From NCBI GenBank assembly GCA_002633005.1, contig NMRA01000145.1, positions 275,898 to 339,897 of the forward strand: 64,000 nt of DNA, written 5' to 3'. How positions within the stretch are numbered: the first letter of the stretch is position 1; every line of letters begins with the position of its first letter. The notes beneath the pieces were generated by a model. The model saw nothing but the letters and a program-made list of their open reading frames with translations, did not search any database and was not told where the DNA came from. Below, piece after piece: positions 1-11,200 of the stretch. Source of the DNA: Phoronis australis (lineage: Eukaryota; Animalia; Phoronida). The translations under genes and the position numbers were made by a program.

Positions 1-1
1 A

Positions 2-1357
2 TGCGCCAAATATGAACTCGCAGCCGTCTTGGCGACCGTTGATGCTCATCTGCAGACAGATGGCGTATCGACAGCTGAAAAACTTTTTCAGCAAGCATTG
101 GAGTGCAATGAAGTTCCTGACATTGACCGAAAAGAATGGGAATTTGGTTATGCCTTCTTTTGCTTTAATGTTGATACCTACAATGGACACAAATCCTCTG
201 AATATTTCGAAAAATCCATGGAGTATTTCTATCGGATTGTTAACTGGAATGAACCACCCGTGAACGAGAACAACTGGACCCGAAAACACGCAGAGAGATT
301 AAATGACGTAGTTGCAAAAGCATGGTGTTTCATGGGTTCTCTTGTATCCAAACAGGGGCGGTTTCAAAAATACAAAAATCTTAAAGACGTGTTAGGACAC
401 AATTGTGCTGACGACCATTCGAGATTCACGTTGAAAGATTGTATGGACCAAGCCAATGCCAGAGCGAAGGTTTCTAATGAAGCTTTCATTTGCAGAAGAG
501 TCGGTTCCTCTTATTTATACATGGGGAACGTGAATGAAGCCGAAGAGTATGTGATGAAAGGTGTTCGACTGGATAAGGACAATGCCTATGGCCACATGTT
601 GGTTGGAAGATTTAAGTTAGAGCAGTATAAAAGGTTTCAAAATAACTTCGAGCGCATCGACATCCTTGATGAGGCAATAAAAAACACGTCACTTGCCATA
701 GAAATGGGTTTCACTGGGTGGAAATGTTATCTACAGCTTGCCAAAGCTCAATTCTTGAAAAGAGAATATATTCACGCCATTACAAATTGCAATTTGTCAC
801 TGTGTAACGGTGGAAAGTCGAAAAGTCAACTATTCAAATTGTGGGCGGACATTCTTGAGAAAATGGGTGATCGGAAAAGTGCGAAGGAAATGAGGGAAAA
901 GGCTCGTATGGTCGACGAAGGTAAAGATAATGACGAAGAAATGCGCTGTTTTGGTGCCATATACAATGACGATGATGTTGTCAAAGTTGCAAGTTTTGTA
1001 GACGTTTTAGAGAAAAATTTGCACCGACGATGCTATTTTCCCGAGCGGGACACGACGTGCGGTGATGACTTAGTAGAGGCTTGGGGGAAAATTGATAAGA
1101 CATGCAATATCGTGCTTGTTTTCTGTGGTAATGGGGAGTTCGAATCATGTGCCAAAATCGCATTAAGCAGCATTATAACTAACAGGTGCAAAAGGCGAGA
1201 GGCCAGTTCAATAGTGCCTGTTTTACTACCGGGTTGCAAAGAAGCCCCCGACTTGTTAGCGGCTAATAAGCCCGTGGTGTATGATGGATCGGATGGGTTT
1301 GTGGAGGAGCTAAGAAAAAAATTGTCCCTGCGGCGAATTGCACTTAAGGAAACATAA
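2..1357 (+). CDS. TPR-repeat protein with C-terminal TIR domain (5'-partial; frame open from window start)
   Basis: Stop-free frame from position 2 (CAKYELAAVLATVDAH...) to TAA 1355-1357. TPR-like helix pairs (VGSSYLYMGNVNEAEEYVMKGVRLDKDNAYGH; LAKAQFLKREYIHAITNCNLSL; WADILEKMGDRKSAKEMREKA). From ~941 a TIR pattern: CFGAIY-NDDD, FVDVLE, CYFPERD..G (BB loop), IVLVF, IVPVLL, KEAPDLL, FVEELRKKL. Confidence 0.85.
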   Translation, partial: CAKYELAAVLATVDAHLQTDGVSTAEKLFQQALECNEVPDIDRKEWEFGYAFFCFNVDTYNGHKSSEYFEKSMEYFYRIVNWNEPPVNENNWTRKHAERLNDVVAKAWCFMGSLVSKQGRFQKYKNLKDVLGHNCADDHSRFTLKDCMDQANARAKVSNEAFICRRVGSSYLYMGNVNEAEEYVMKGVRLDKDNAYGHMLVGRFKLEQYKRFQNNFERIDILDEAIKNTSLAIEMGFTGWKCYLQLAKAQFLKREYIHAITNCNLSLCNGGKSKSQLFKLWADILEKMGDRKSAKEMREKARMVDEGKDNDEEMRCFGAIYNDDDVVKVASFVDVLEKNLHRRCYFPERDTTCGDDLVEAWGKIDKTCNIVLVFCGNGEFESCAKIALSSIITNRCKRREASSIVPVLLPGCKEAPDLLAANKPVVYDGSDGFVEELRKKLSLRRIALKET

Positions 1358-2628
1358 TCGGCGAGAAAAGTGCATGCAAGGATCATCCTCAGCGCGTCCG
1401 TAGTATAACGTTATGCTGGAGTAGCTAAGACCCCCCCCCGATAAATGGCAATGAGGATATTTCAAGCGTATTTAACTGGTCTATTTACCGATTTTGATTT
1501 CAGCGAATGTTTGACAGACATCGGTGAGAATCAGTGCTTTTTACAAACTCACAAAAACAACGGATTTATTGTTTTATTGATGTGGTCAAAACTAATATCT
1601 TCAATGCTAAATTTGTTTTGTTCCGGTAAACTGTTTTATGCACTCAGGCTTTAATTTGATAATTGTTGTCTTGTATTCAGGTGCTTGTTGTCATACGTGT
1701 ATGTGTTGCTAGGTAAGTGTAGCAAAGTTCATACAGTGTAAATTAAAACATGTGAAACTTTGATAATTATGCGTTTGTGGTAACCGTCATATATTGTGTT
1801 CATGGTGAAGAGGTTATACAAGAAAGCCGCTTATTTTGTTTGCTTGTGTTTATAAAGTTTTTGACCCAGCAATTGTATTTGATTGTCTTCGTCGGTTCCG
1901 CCAAGTAGGAGAACCAATGCGATGTCAATCTTTCTTTTGTTAGATATCACGACACAACGCCAGTTATCTTTCACGCTGAATGAATACGTTAATGTACATT
2001 AACTCAACACTTGTCAACAAACAAAAACCCATCGCAGCGCTGTGGCCAACTTTCACCATATTTCTTCCGCGGAAGAAGGATTCCACAGTAACTTTTCACA
2101 AGGAATGTTGTTGCAGTGGAGACATCGCTAACGCGATAATTGCCCTGTACAACACAATGGGAGCTTAGGTCAACTTTATGGGGGGCCCAGGGGGCCTGAC
2201 CCCCCCTGGCTGCCGCAAAAAATAAAACAACAAGAGCGTAGGGAAATGTTGAGTTTATTAATTAACCCTGGTAATTAACATTATGCGGCGGAAAAAAGAT
2301 TTAAATGTATGTAGTTTTAGTGTGTTTGGGGGGGAACTCAGATCCAATTTCAAGTGTCAAATTCGGAACACGGCTCAATCGCAACGAAACTATGGCTAAG
2401 TATAGGCTCTCCCGCGATTTCCAAAGCAATCGCGTCATTATTGCTGACACAAAAACGGATTGGTCTTTTGGGCAATTGAAGACTATTTTAAATACAACAA
2501 ATTTGTTACGAACTGATTGCACAGAACATAAAAAGTGTAATAAGCATTACAAAAATAAGTAGGTTTCGCGAGCAAACACTGTGGACCATAAACAAGTAGG
2601 TCTCTTATCAAAAACATGATTGAAATAA

Positions 2629-2690
2629 TGGTGGTGTAGTTGTAAAGCACGCGCGCTCTATCCGCCAGGTCGTGAGTGCGAGTCTGTGAT
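2629..2690 (+). mobile_element. Degenerate tRNA-derived head (SINE-like or tRNA-like relic)
   Basis: TGGTGTAGTTGTAAAGCAC (A-box/D-arm like) followed about 35 nt later by GAGTGCGAGTC (degenerate B box). No intact acceptor stem. Confidence 0.4.
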
Positions 2691-2759
2691 CATTGCAGTT
2701 TTTCATGTTTGACACGTTCTCCGTTTTTTTGAATTTTCTTTGCCTTTTTTCTTGGATAA

Positions 2760-2948
2760 TACTTCAGGAATCAAGGAAAATGCTTGATTTTTAGAGGAAA
2801 AAACAAAAAAAAAATCCTGGGCGGGAGAGGGGTTCGCCCCCCTCCAGACCTCCCCCCATTCGGTGCTATGTGCATCTAATCATGCTTTACACAAATGTTT
2901 TCAGACAAAATGTTGCCCCCCCCTTATGATATTCTAGATCCCGCCACT
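2760..2948 (+). mobile_element. Terminal part of a non-autonomous DNA transposon (CAGTGGCGGATCTAG-type end)
   Basis: A-tract, then a GGGAGAGGGG..CCCCCTCC hairpin, a C-run and the terminus CTAGATCCCGCCACTG. Same layout as 29406-29617. Confidence 0.45.
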
Positions 2949-3078
2949 GCAAGGGCGGACAGCGACACTGATTTTCCCCATTTGATACAGAAAAGCATTG
3001 TCCACCTGCAAGGTACCACTTAACGGCTTGGTTCCTAATGAATGCATTGGCTATATCTTGCCTATTCATGCCACATGG

Positions 3079-3236
3079 NNNNNNNNNNNNNNNNNNNNNN
3101 NNNNNNNNNNNNNNNNNNNNNNNNNNNNNNNNNNNNNNNNNNNNNNNNNNNNNNNNNNNNNNNNNNNNNNNNNNNNNNNNNNNNNNNNNNNNNNNNNNNN
3201 NNNNNNNNNNNNNNNNNNNNNNNNNNNNNNNNNNNN
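3079..3236. other. Assembly gap
   Basis: Run of N. Confidence 1.
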
Positions 3237-5699
3237 TTCTGGAGCCCCAGCTTTCCCTTGATTTTAGTGAAATCATATCTAGAATTGTTGACTTGGACCT
3301 TTCTGTGGTGCTTGTCGTATGGTTACATCACGAGCCCACACCCCTCCATCCGATTGGTCGGTGACATTACTTTGATTGACACCTGGCGACTGGTTCATTA
3401 CAGCTACTCTTTATTCTAACTATCAGTATTATTGTAACTATTATTTCTATAATTGCTCCTGACATTGGACTTGCTTATGTTGTCACTGTTTGCCACTATG
3501 CAATGTTTTAGGTGAGTGTGCCAATGGCTGTTGCTCTGGCTAATATGAAACTACATCGAGGAAAGCCTCCGAACCACGATGAAATTTTTTGTTGTTGTGC
3601 CTGGAGCAGCTCATTGGTCCATCAACGGTAGTATTAAAGTGTTAATGATTTGATTAAAGAAATCTTGTGCTATCCTGCCCACCAGTGGGAAACGCACGAA
3701 ACTGAACAGGCACGTCCTGGATCAAACTCTCCTCTTTTGCGGAGATACAAAATGCATTAAATGACTGGCCTATTTTTCAAAATGTCAGACACTCAATTGA
3801 TTAAGAAGGGGAGAACAATACATTGGACATCCAACACTGACAGTATCCCATTTGCTAATTTCTGGGTGTCAGCACTGCAACTCAAAGTGCAATAATACAA
3901 GTTTGCCTGGATCACAATGATGCAAGTGAAATGCGCAGAGAAATCTTAAGTCCATCGATAGATGTCCTTTGGTATACTGAGTTTAAAATCTACTGGGTAT
4001 GAGGGGACGATGGGTGGATTTAAACCTGTTGATACCAGTTATTAATCACCCTTTGTCCATCTACGAAATTATAATCTTCGCATTTTTCACTTATTACTCG
4101 AATAACAAGCGAGAAATGCGAAAAGGGTAATATAATAAATTAGATTTCCATGTAATGATGTCCTAAATATTTTGCCACATTTATCACTCATTGAGTAATC
4201 ATTCCTCCAAATAAAAACGATTCCACGAACTTCTAGAGAGTCTATTTCTACTGATTCCTGAATTATGCAAGACACTTCAACGTTTAACACAAATTCTCAC
4301 ACACCATACTAACTCATTTGAACAAAGAGTAAGTTCGCCATTTCCTTTTAAAAAGGATTTTCATTTCAATGTTATGTTTATTTCATTTCAGGTAAACCAG
4401 CTGCATCTATAAGCTTAAATAGGAAAATAGTGAACATCTGAGAGATAATGAAGAGCTCACTATGACGTGTACTACCCGCACACTATCCTTAAAATAACAT
4501 CCAGGCATTACGGTCCATTATGTGTGCAAGTTGTCACAAAGCGACTTTAGTTCTTCCTGTAATTGTCGCCTTTACTGTCATAAGGTATCATTAATTTTAG
4601 GACTTAAAAGTCTTGAAATTAATTACTGTTTAATCGAGTAGAAAATAGTTTATTTTCATAGAATGTGGTCAGTTTCTTAGTATTACAACATACAACATAC
4701 GCTAATGGCGTAATTATGGTTTGAAAATGTTGATTTCAACACACGCCATCGGAAATTCCCACGGGCGCACTCGAGTATGCCGTTCACGTATAGATGGCGC
4801 TGATGTCAAACATAGTCAGAAGCCGCACGTGCGAATTTTGTTGTTTTAAGCTACGCTCAAAAATAATAAAAAGTTAGACATAGTGAACCTGACTATACAT
4901 ACATCACGAAGTCTATCCCATTCAAGAGTAATCTTAAAAATCTTTCTTCGGTCATAAAATTGGCAGTACCTCTTTAATTCTAAACAGCAAAACGTTTCCA
5001 TGTAGAATTTTATTTAGTAATTTGTAATGAAAGCACTAGCACTATGAAGCTGAATTCTTTCAAAAAAAGTACGCACAATATGTCATAAATCTTCAAAATC
5101 ATAAACAATGGCAGGGCTTTCACGTTTACACGTATGTTTGTCAAGAAAGAAGATCAATGAATAAAGTACAACGGGACATTTTAAACACCCGTGTCTGGTG
5201 TGTCTGGTTGCATAAAACAGTCCCAAACAGTGATTCAACTAAAATCGGGTTTTTGTGTATTGGTCTTACTTAATCCGGCTCCAAATTAGGAGCGTTTCGT
5301 GTAAAGGTTCCAATTTTAGTTTCAAGAATATTGATATCTCAACGTACAGTAAATTTTACTCTCCGTGTGCATCAAAGGTACATATTGACTCAGTAATGAA
5401 CACTAAATAACATTAGAAAGTCCAATCAGTGTTTACACAAGTCTGTGTTAAATAGCAGAGTAGTTTCAGCGTAATAGTAAAGACACTGGCCTTGATTTTA
5501 TGAATGTTTAATAGACCCCGGCGAAATTGGCTGTTTGTAATAAAATCAAAAACGCACAACGGAAATAATTGTTTTAAAGCTCTAGTCAAGGATAATAACT
5601 TGAAGAAGTCTATCTTGTTCAACAACAATGCCAAAAATGTGTTTTTCTCCCGTAAACAAATATGTCACTTTAAGTTATTCACAGTCGATCGAATTGTCT

Positions 5700-6050
5700 A
5701 AGTGTGTTGCGTTTCCTTACTTTTCAGCCAAGCTTGTCCCGTGCATACACAATTGGGGATAAGTTTGATGAATTAATCTTCTTCCACCACCAATATCTTG
5801 TGACCTCACCAAGCCACCAAAAACAAGTGGTACATCTATTACAACAGGTGGAATGTCAAATCTACGACAATGGTCCACATACAAAGGGCATACCCGCAAG
5901 AAATGGCATTCGCTCTCAGTAACTTTTATCTCACAAAGGCAGAAAACCATACGAAAATGGAATATTTTTAACCTTAACTGCCCAACGGTCTTTACCTAAT
6001 TTAGCCATGTCGTATTGATAAGAACAGCACACTTTATCATAACTATTTTC
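5700..6050 (-). mobile_element. Decayed non-LTR retrotransposon (LINE) ORF2 C-terminal fragment
   Basis: Minus strand encodes GKDRWAVKVKNIPFSYGF and, in another frame, FCLCEIKVTESECHFLRVCPLY. Both resemble the W..xVK.IL..YGF and C..C....E.E.HFL..C..Y motifs of invertebrate LINE ORF2 C-termini. Frameshifted and internally deleted. Confidence 0.6.
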
Positions 6051-7188
6051 CGTGCATGTCAAAAGATTAAATCAATGTTATATCATTTTTAATAATCTCT
6101 GCCGTTCTTCCCAATTTACTTCTAGCCGCAACATTACTTAAAAAAGAAAAAGGTCCCGGCGAAAAAGACAAAAAAAAAGATTGCAGGCCGTCCGATACTT
6201 GAATAGCATCGGATGTGCGCTGGCTACACTGACGAAAACCGTTTAATGTATAAGGCTTTGCCAAAGAGAGGCTGCAGAAGCCTGTAGCCAAGTAGGACAC
6301 ATTTATCTGCTATGGACGCTCAGTATTTGAACCAAGTTACTGTCCACAGATAGCGTCCACAACCACCACTGGTTCAGTGTGTCTGGTCATCTCACGTAAC
6401 CTTCTGCCCCAAAGGATCAGTGATTCCCTAAGAAGGGAAATTGGTGGCGGACGAGTGAGCAAATTTGACGTAGTTGCATTTATCTGTTGAATTAACACAG
6501 TTTCATGGCCAGGCGGTGCGTCCTGATTGTCACATGGGGTGAGTAAGTGACAAAAATCACGAACATAAATCCAGAATCAAAGCAAAATATCGCTACTGAC
6601 CCTCTTCCACTTCAAGTTCCACTGAAACAGCTTGAAAACCTAGATTCATTACCTGTTTAGTATAAACATCAAAACACCCATGATTAGTAACTAAAAGTAC
6701 CACAATTAAGCTACTACTATTTTGAGATAATTTGCTTGTTCAATTTGTTTAATGTAACCATAACTGCTTAAATGTCAGAGACAATGTTGTTGATTAGTAT
6801 GATGACATATAGTACACGAACTCTAAAATTTCAATATTTTATCAATTTACACAAAATATTCGAAAATGTGGAACCATACACGCGGGAATATTTTACATTT
6901 GAAATGCATATCTTGGAATGGGCTAGCAAACGACAAAATGAAGGTCGCACTTCGGGGCCCCTCACAGGAATTACTCTAGATACAGAGCTAAGGAGTGCAG
7001 TAGACTTACATATTAACAGTACTCTCATTTCCTCAAAAGATGTCGCTCTAGTCGGCTGCCAGAGTTGATACAACTTCCAAGCTCAACACATTATACTCCC
7101 AATATTCCAGTGCAGTTTGTCGCCAAAATAATGGTCAGTATTAGACATTCAAAGTTCAGTCATTTCATTTCCATTTATATTAAAGGTA

Positions 7189-7408
7189 AACCACTCAGAA
7201 TGCGCACCTTCCCTCCTACTCTCGCGGAACGAGAGAGGAACGGTCCTCAATGACAAGGGGCAAGATGCCGAGAGAGCATCACCTCAAGTCCGCTTCCCGC
7301 TCAGGAAAACACGCTTCTACTCCTCATCATGGTTTACAGTCCGGAGTCAGTTTTACCTGACGTCCTGGCGATACATACTATAGAAATGATCCCTAAAAGT
7401 ATGATCTT
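7189..7408 (-). ncRNA. U3: U3 small nucleolar RNA
   Basis: Minus strand reads AAGATCATACTTTTAGGGATCATTTCTATAGT (boxes A'/A) ... AAACCATGATGAGGAG (C') ... TTTTCCTGAGCGGGAAG (B) ... CATTGAGGACCGTTCCTCTCTC (C) ... TTCTGAGTGGTTT (D and terminal stem pairing with AAACCA). About 220 nt and colinear with vertebrate U3. Confidence 0.95.
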
Positions 7409-7429
7409 AATGCCCATTACCTTGTTCAT

Positions 7430-7480
7430 GGTATACGTATAAAAGTTGTTGTTACTTTGAACTGGTGTTGGTAGTGATAA
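7430..7480 (-). promoter_or_regulatory. Putative U3 proximal promoter (PSE-like element and TATA-like element)
   Basis: TCACTACCAACACCAGTTCAAAG about 50-70 nt upstream and TTTTATACGTATA about 25-35 nt upstream of the U3 5' end. Inference from position and weak motif similarity only. Confidence 0.35.
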
Positions 7481-8030
7481 ATTCACAAAATAGTTGTGCT
7501 TATGTATGGAAAGTAAAGACATATAATTCATGAATTTGATTCACTTGTATAAATCGCTACACAAATAAATACATAAATTTGCCACATATTACGTGATTTT
7601 AAAGAAATCAAGAAGAACAATTACAGTAAAAACTATAGTTATAATTTTACTCAACAGATGACAGTGGTGCAGTGTTTGTTTTTGAAGTGAACACAAGCGG
7701 CCTCTAGAACTCGGAATGCTGGGTATTAAATATGCGCCATTTTGTTTGTTGATCTAGAGTGTGGGAACTAAAAACTTTAGTTAACTTGTTTTCTGACCAC
7801 CACCTTCATATATGCCATCGTCGATGACATGTGAGCCATTTGCTTATGTTGATATAGTTCTTCGTTTCCATTAATGATGCTAGATTATGTGTTTTGCGTG
7901 TGCTTTTGACCGCACTCTTACATGTCGTCAGGGGCGCCACTTCGCAGCAACCACAGACACTGTTCTCTGACTCGGTGAATATGTGATGGGAACCACTAGA
8001 AGAAAGCGCAATGTTGACATTTAGGAAAAC

Positions 8031-8071
8031 ATGACTGGAAGATATACCAGAAAACCTGCTCCCTTGGAAGT
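8031..8071 (+). CDS. FAM149B1: FAM149 coding exon 1 (MTGRYTRKPAPLEV)
   Basis: Resembles the human N-terminus MISRYTRKAVPQSLELKG. In-frame TAG upstream at 8022. Perfect donor GTAAGT at 8072, phase 2, matching exon 2. Confidence 0.85.
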
Positions 8072-8262
8072 GTAAGTTACATTTTAATTCATAATTTGGT
8101 TTAATGTACTTCACTCTTTTTGGCCAAACCTGTTGTGCATTTCATGGACATATGAATATGATGATAATTGATGGTTCTAGTTTCTTGCAAAAAAAGTAAG
8201 GTCTTACTAAAACACGTGTGGGAAAAGTGAGTGTTCTGTGAGGATGCATGAGAGCTCACTTG

Positions 8263-8285
8263 GTTGTCGTAGCAAAATGGCGGCC
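8263..8285 (+). promoter_or_regulatory. Overlapping X-box-like (RFX) and YY1-type motifs at the start of intron 1
   Basis: GTTGTCGTAGCAAA overlaps CAAAATGGCGGCC. A second YY1-type CGCCATTTTG lies near 7735-7744. Confidence 0.45.
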
Positions 8286-11200
8286 ACTGAAGAGTGAAGT
8301 GATTGGTCGGTAGTTGAGGTGTGGTATGTTAGAATTCATGAATCATGAGTTTGAATTCACTGTTTCAGTTCTATAAAGAAATTTTTTTCGTGGCATCATT
8401 TTCAAGATAATTGCCTGTGGTTTATGGAATTCAGCCCAAGGATATGATTGATTTTAAATAATGATAGCTCTTTTCTCTTATCTAACCGAAACGTGAATCT
8501 TATGTGACTCAGTCGTTGAAATCACATACGTAACTTGAATTCTATGTACATATAGAGTTCATTAGTGTCATTTAAATTTGTATGGGATATGTAATGAGCA
8601 TGCTATGGTGTGTCTATCCAGGCACCTAGTGTGAGTATTGAAGTTCTTTACCTGTAAGGCTATGTTTATGAAACCCATTTCATTACATTTCAGTCTTCTA
8701 ACAGTAGCCCCTTTTTTCTAAGATCCAACTGAGATGAGCCCCTTAATCTTTGTTAGTATCTGGTGTGATTATCCTGATGGAAACGCGTGATCCACTGAAT
8801 GTTGGATTGGTAGCAGTTACTTTAGGAAATAAGCCCGTGGTCTCTGGCTTTTAGAAAAAACAAGCAGCCTATTCTCGTCGGACAGTTATTAGTAAATGAA
8901 TTCAGTTTTAAACTTAGTTCAGCATCATCAGTGTGTATTCTGCATCATATTGTAAATAACCTAATGATAGTGTTTTCATTTGATCTTGCACGACCGTGGA
9001 AAGCTGATGGAGATTGCCATAGCTTGTATTAACTTGTACTTAAGTACTGTTGTTATTCCGTGTGCGCATACAGACAAGTGCACCATCTGTGGTTAGAAGT
9101 TAGTACTCGACGTTCAGACATTCTCACTTGTCATTGTTTGTATTCTTTAACGAACCTAGAAACATAACAAAGATCACGATTTCAACTGCTGGAATGAAAG
9201 TACTGAACACAAGGTGGAATTACATCCGTGGTGCTGTTTTGACACTTTCTATAAAAGTTGCGAGATTGATATGTCGAGAATTGTATGTATGTTATTTATG
9301 CAAAATTTGAGTACTATTTAACATGCCTCCTTTTATAACACTGCAGCGAAACAGTCATCATATAAGGGCTTTTTGTTTTTCTTAAGATTAATTTTATGGG
9401 TAAATTACTGGAGCTGTCAGATAAACAGACAAATCTCATATGAATCCTTGTCCAGGCTTAAATCCTGTTGGATTGCTTGAGTTTATGATGCATTGAAGTT
9501 GTGTATGATTGTAAAAATATTAAGAAGGCTGTGATGAATTAAACCCTTCAAATATGAAAAATATTGTGCAATGCTTTGTGTCAATTTATCATGAAAACTG
9601 CAGCCTCAGGAGAATGAATATCTGAGAAACATCAGTGATCTGTTAAGGAAGAATGAATTCAAGTGGTTGTTGGTTGTGGTGCACTGCATTTTGTAAGCGT
9701 TACCGTAAAATTTTTCCAGGACAGTCTCTAGAATTTGAGACACGGAAATCTTGCAAAAATTGGGTTTTCTTTACTCTGGAATTTGTGCCAATAGCGGTTT
9801 TGGCGTTCATCATATCTCTCAAATTTCGAACAATGTTTATCAATCTACAAAGTGAGTAATTTTGCTGTCTTTCAAATGACACTTAAGTTTAGGATGGTCA
9901 ATGTTGCTTATTTCTAGAATTTGGGAAAAGCTCCGACCTTGAGCAAAATATATAATTTTTCACTGGCCTAAGTTTAAAGCCTGTTGAAATGACTGGTGTG
10001 GAACATTTCATAGAAATCTCCACTTTTTATGACCAGTTTTTATTTTATGTATATTATGTTCATTACTTTTATTTGTTCATTCTTCCCTGCCTTTTGTACA
10101 GTTAAGGCACTGTGCCGCACTTTTTATGAGTGATAAATAGTATTAAGATCATTGTCGCTAAACACGCTTGTTAAAACATCCTAAACAGATGCCGTAGATG
10201 CGTGTTTACTCTGCAGCCTGTTTGTTGACCATTTACTAGAAACTAAGTACATTGACTTGCCTGTGTCCTGTCAGGCGGCATGTCAGCTAATAGGTGGATA
10301 AATAGGCCCTTTGCTCTATTTAATCATGGTCAACACCTGTTATGAGATCTGTTGATCACAGCATGTTCTTGTTCAAAGTAAATCTGAAGTTACGTGGCAC
10401 AAAGTAAGTGCCAAATTGTCATTTTTTTGCTTTTCAATGGTTGACTGCCATGTAACAAATAATTGTAACTTTATCTATGCATTATTTTATTACTTACAGT
10501 TACATTTTACGGGCTGCGCTAATGGTGAATTATAGTTTTCATTATGTTATTTTTTTGACTAGAAATTTGACAAAATAAAATTCCGTGTGCCAGACATGTG
10601 TGATAAATAGGTGATTAATTGCTGTTCAACTCATGTTGTGTTGATTATGTGATGATCAGATAGAGCATCTTGACAGTTTTGGAAGATAAATTTTGGGAAA
10701 AAAATATACAGTTGGTCAAGTGTTTGTTTGTGAATGAAACACATTATGCTTGATGATACAAATGGGGTTGAAAAAGCATACGTCTTCAATGGGTTTTAGT
10801 TGGAAAATATGGAACCCTGACTGCAATGTATTGCAAAATAAAATTAAGAATTTGTCTTGCTATCATATTTCAACTAAACATTAATAGTCAATGTAAGGCT
10901 CAATAGAAATCGTTGTTCAGAATTATTTACAAAGTGAGAGAATTAAGATTGCAGTATCTGCCTGTCTGTCTATTGATATGAGGTTCTTTGATCAATTTCC
11001 TTGCACTGCATGTATTTGCTCTGTTCATCCCAATGTTTAGGTGTTGTTGAACTGTCAATATTAACTTCATTTTCACACTGTCATTGTCCTATAGGAGACT
11101 AGATAGAACTGGTGTTCAATTATTGGACAAGCCAACCTTTAGAAAAGAGGATGAATTGTGTTATATAATTAAGCTTTCTGTGTGGTGTGTGTAGTTGCAA

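Noticed and set aside
2887-3419. ORFs of 87-129 aa
   Set aside because: They are open only because they cross the N gap.
6211-6240. 7SK-like start GGATGTG..CTGGCT
   Set aside because: It lacks the paired GATC motifs and a downstream CACATCC on the same strand.
6229-6265. Hammerhead-like CTGACGA core
   Set aside because: No GAAA after a stem II and no matching stem III/cleavage triplet.
7357-7429. Apparent minus-strand signal-peptide exon (MNKVMGIKIILLGIISIVCIARTS, good Kozak, phase-1 donor)
   Set aside because: It overlaps the 5' domain of U3 snoRNA, which explains the sequence, and the candidate downstream exons I tested hit stops.
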